Of a stretch of 43,919 nt of DNA, positions 42,419-43,919 are shown piece after piece (within the stretch, counting starts at the first letter, position 1; every line of letters starts with the position of its first letter). A program made the position numbers and the translations under genes. The notes beneath the pieces are model-generated. The model ran no database searches and was not told the origin of the DNA. It saw only the letters and a program-made list of their open reading frames with translations. This DNA comes from Candidatus Didemnitutus sp. (GTDB lineage: Bacteria > Verrucomicrobiota > Verrucomicrobiia > Opitutales > Opitutaceae). Location: NCBI GenBank assembly GCA_030682505.1, contig JAUXOH010000245.1, positions 1-43,919 of the forward strand, given 5' to 3'.

Positions 42419-43798
42419 TCAAGGTTGCGTCGTGGCGGGGCTGGCAACTTCGTTGTAATCGACTTCCGAGAGCCCCATCGCCGTGCGCAAACGGGCCAGT
42501 GCAACGTTGTGACTGTAGTAGGCCCGGAGTTGGTTGGTCCGTGCGGTCGTCAGCGCCACCTGCGATTGCAGCAAATCGAGTTGAGGTGTCATGCCTGCCT
42601 GGTAACGCGTCAGGGCGATGCGCACCGCTTCCTCGGCCTGCTTGACCGACTGCCGGGTGGCGCCGACCAGTTCGGTTGCTTCCTCCAAGGAGGACAGGCC
42701 ACGGCGCACCTCGACCTGCACGGCGAGTTCTGCGGCACCAAGCGCGAGACGCGCTTGCTCAATCAAGGATTCGGCCTGCCGGATCTTCCCGGCGGTGGCG
42801 CGGGGGTTGCCGGTCCACTGTCCTTCGGCTCCGGCGCGCAGACCGCGCCGTGAATCGCTGAAACTTTCCGTGGGGCCTTTGCGCAGTTCACCACCGGCGG
42901 TCAACGCAAGGCTGGGATAGAAGTCGGCACGGGCCGTCAACTCACCGGCTTCGGCGGCATCAACAAGCTTGGCGAGTCGCTGTAACTCCGGACGGCCCGT
43001 GCGCGCGGCAGCGAGCGCGGCCGAGAGTTCAGGGCTCGATGATTCGATGGTGAGTGATCCGATGAACTCCGGGGTTTGGTCGGAGGATTGGTCGCGAGCG
43101 GGCACCAAGCCAATCGCCTGGCGCAGTTCATGGGTGGCCAGACGATAGTCGTTGCGCGCCTTGATGAGCGGCGGCTGGGCATTGGCCAAGGCCACTTCGG
43201 CGCGAAGCTGCTCGAATTTCGAGACCGAACCCGCCTCATAACGATTCGTGACATCAGTCAATTGGTGCTGGAGCAGTTCCAGATTTTGCTCCTGCACCTT
43301 GATATCCTCACGGGCGAGCAGGACCGTGTAGAAACGGGTGCGCACATCCAGCAATGCCGAATTAACGGTTTCCTGCAGACCGAAAACAGCCGCTTCTCGG
43401 GTATGCTTCGCGGCATCGATTGCCGACCTGATACCGCCTCCGGCATAGACTATCTGGCGGACTGTGAAATTCATCCGCCAGAAACGACCCGACGGAATGA
43501 TGATCAGTTGTCCGGTGTTCTGAGTGCCAGTCTGAAAGGACTGGAGGTTGCTTTTTTGGAAACTGCCTGCGGCCGACACATTCGGGAGGGCCGCCGCACT
43601 GACCGTGGTGACAATACCCTCATGCTCCCGGATGTTCTCCCGCGCCCGCCGGATTGCGAAGTTATGATCAAGCGCAAAAGCCAGTGCCTGTTCGAGATCG
43701 AAGCGGTTCGGCACGACGTTCCCCATGGCGGGCGCTGCCGAGATAATCGACCCGACGCCGGGAGACAGCATGAGAACAAACACCAGCCTGATATTCAT
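42419..43798 (-). CDS. TolC-family outer-membrane efflux protein (~459 aa)
   Basis: Signal peptide, LEQALAFALDHN, two OEP repeats (RYEAGSVSKFE / RYQAGMTPQLDLL), RPEL motif. Confidence 0.9.
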   Translation of the reverse strand: MNIRLVFVLMLSPGVGSIISAAPAMGNVVPNRFDLEQALAFALDHNFAIRRARENIREHEGIVTTVSAAALPNVSAAGSFQKSNLQSFQTGTQNTGQLIIIPSGRFWRMNFTVRQIVYAGGGIRSAIDAAKHTREAAVFGLQETVNSALLDVRTRFYTVLLAREDIKVQEQNLELLQHQLTDVTNRYEAGSVSKFEQLRAEVALANAQPPLIKARNDYRLATHELRQAIGLVPARDQSSDQTPEFIGSLTIESSSPELSAALAAARTGRPELQRLAKLVDAAEAGELTARADFYPSLALTAGGELRKGPTESFSDSRRGLRAGAEGQWTGNPRATAGKIRQAESLIEQARLALGAAELAVQVEVRRGLSSLEEATELVGATRQSVKQAEEAVRIALTRYQAGMTPQLDLLQSQVALTTARTNQLRAYYSHNVALARLRTAMGLSEVDYNEVASPATTQP

Positions 43799-43919
43799 TT
43801 CAGGGGTATTTGAAGTCGTGGGATTCGGAGGCCCCCTCACTTTCACTCGTGAACAAACTCAGTAGCACAATGAAGTTGTGCGGTGGGCGAACCGTCGCGG
43901 TGGAAACAAGGGTCATGCC

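Overview
GC-rich bacterial DNA. The protein styles suggest Verrucomicrobiota/Opitutales, but that is inference only. Most of the window (about 1-40000) is an integrative conjugative element (ICE). (1) One minus-strand, largely translationally coupled run of genes (21710 down to 569) starts with a VirB/Trb-like mating-pair T4SS: VirB2, fused VirB3-VirB4, a lipoprotein, VirB5, an exclusion-like gene, VirB6, VirB8, VirB9 and VirB10. It continues without a break into an MSHA/T2SS-like type IV filament module (lipoprotein, PilC/GspF, minor pilin, Ig/InlB-B-repeat adhesin, secretin, PilB/GspE ATPase, major pilin, PilMN- and PilO-like proteins). It ends in accessory genes (RHH-like, SLOG/DUF2493, YhcG nuclease, hypotheticals) and a terminator. 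(2) A divergent block encodes a tandem RHH-like protein, a stand-alone ClpB-D2 AAA+ protein and an AraC regulator. (3) A TraK/L/M (StbABC)-like operon with the VirD4 coupling protein lies opposite a MOBF relaxase-helicase across a candidate oriT. (4) A 1950-aa DarB-like methylase-helicase contains a nested TnpV-like ORF and is followed by a wHTH gene and a large serine recombinase. The right end carries a P1B heavy-metal ATPase, a small membrane protein and a TolC-family gene. A non-palindromic 15-bp motif (CGTATGGGNWTAGAG) recurs at the starts of the transfer operons. No rRNA, tRNA or CRISPR array was seen, and att sites could not be located.
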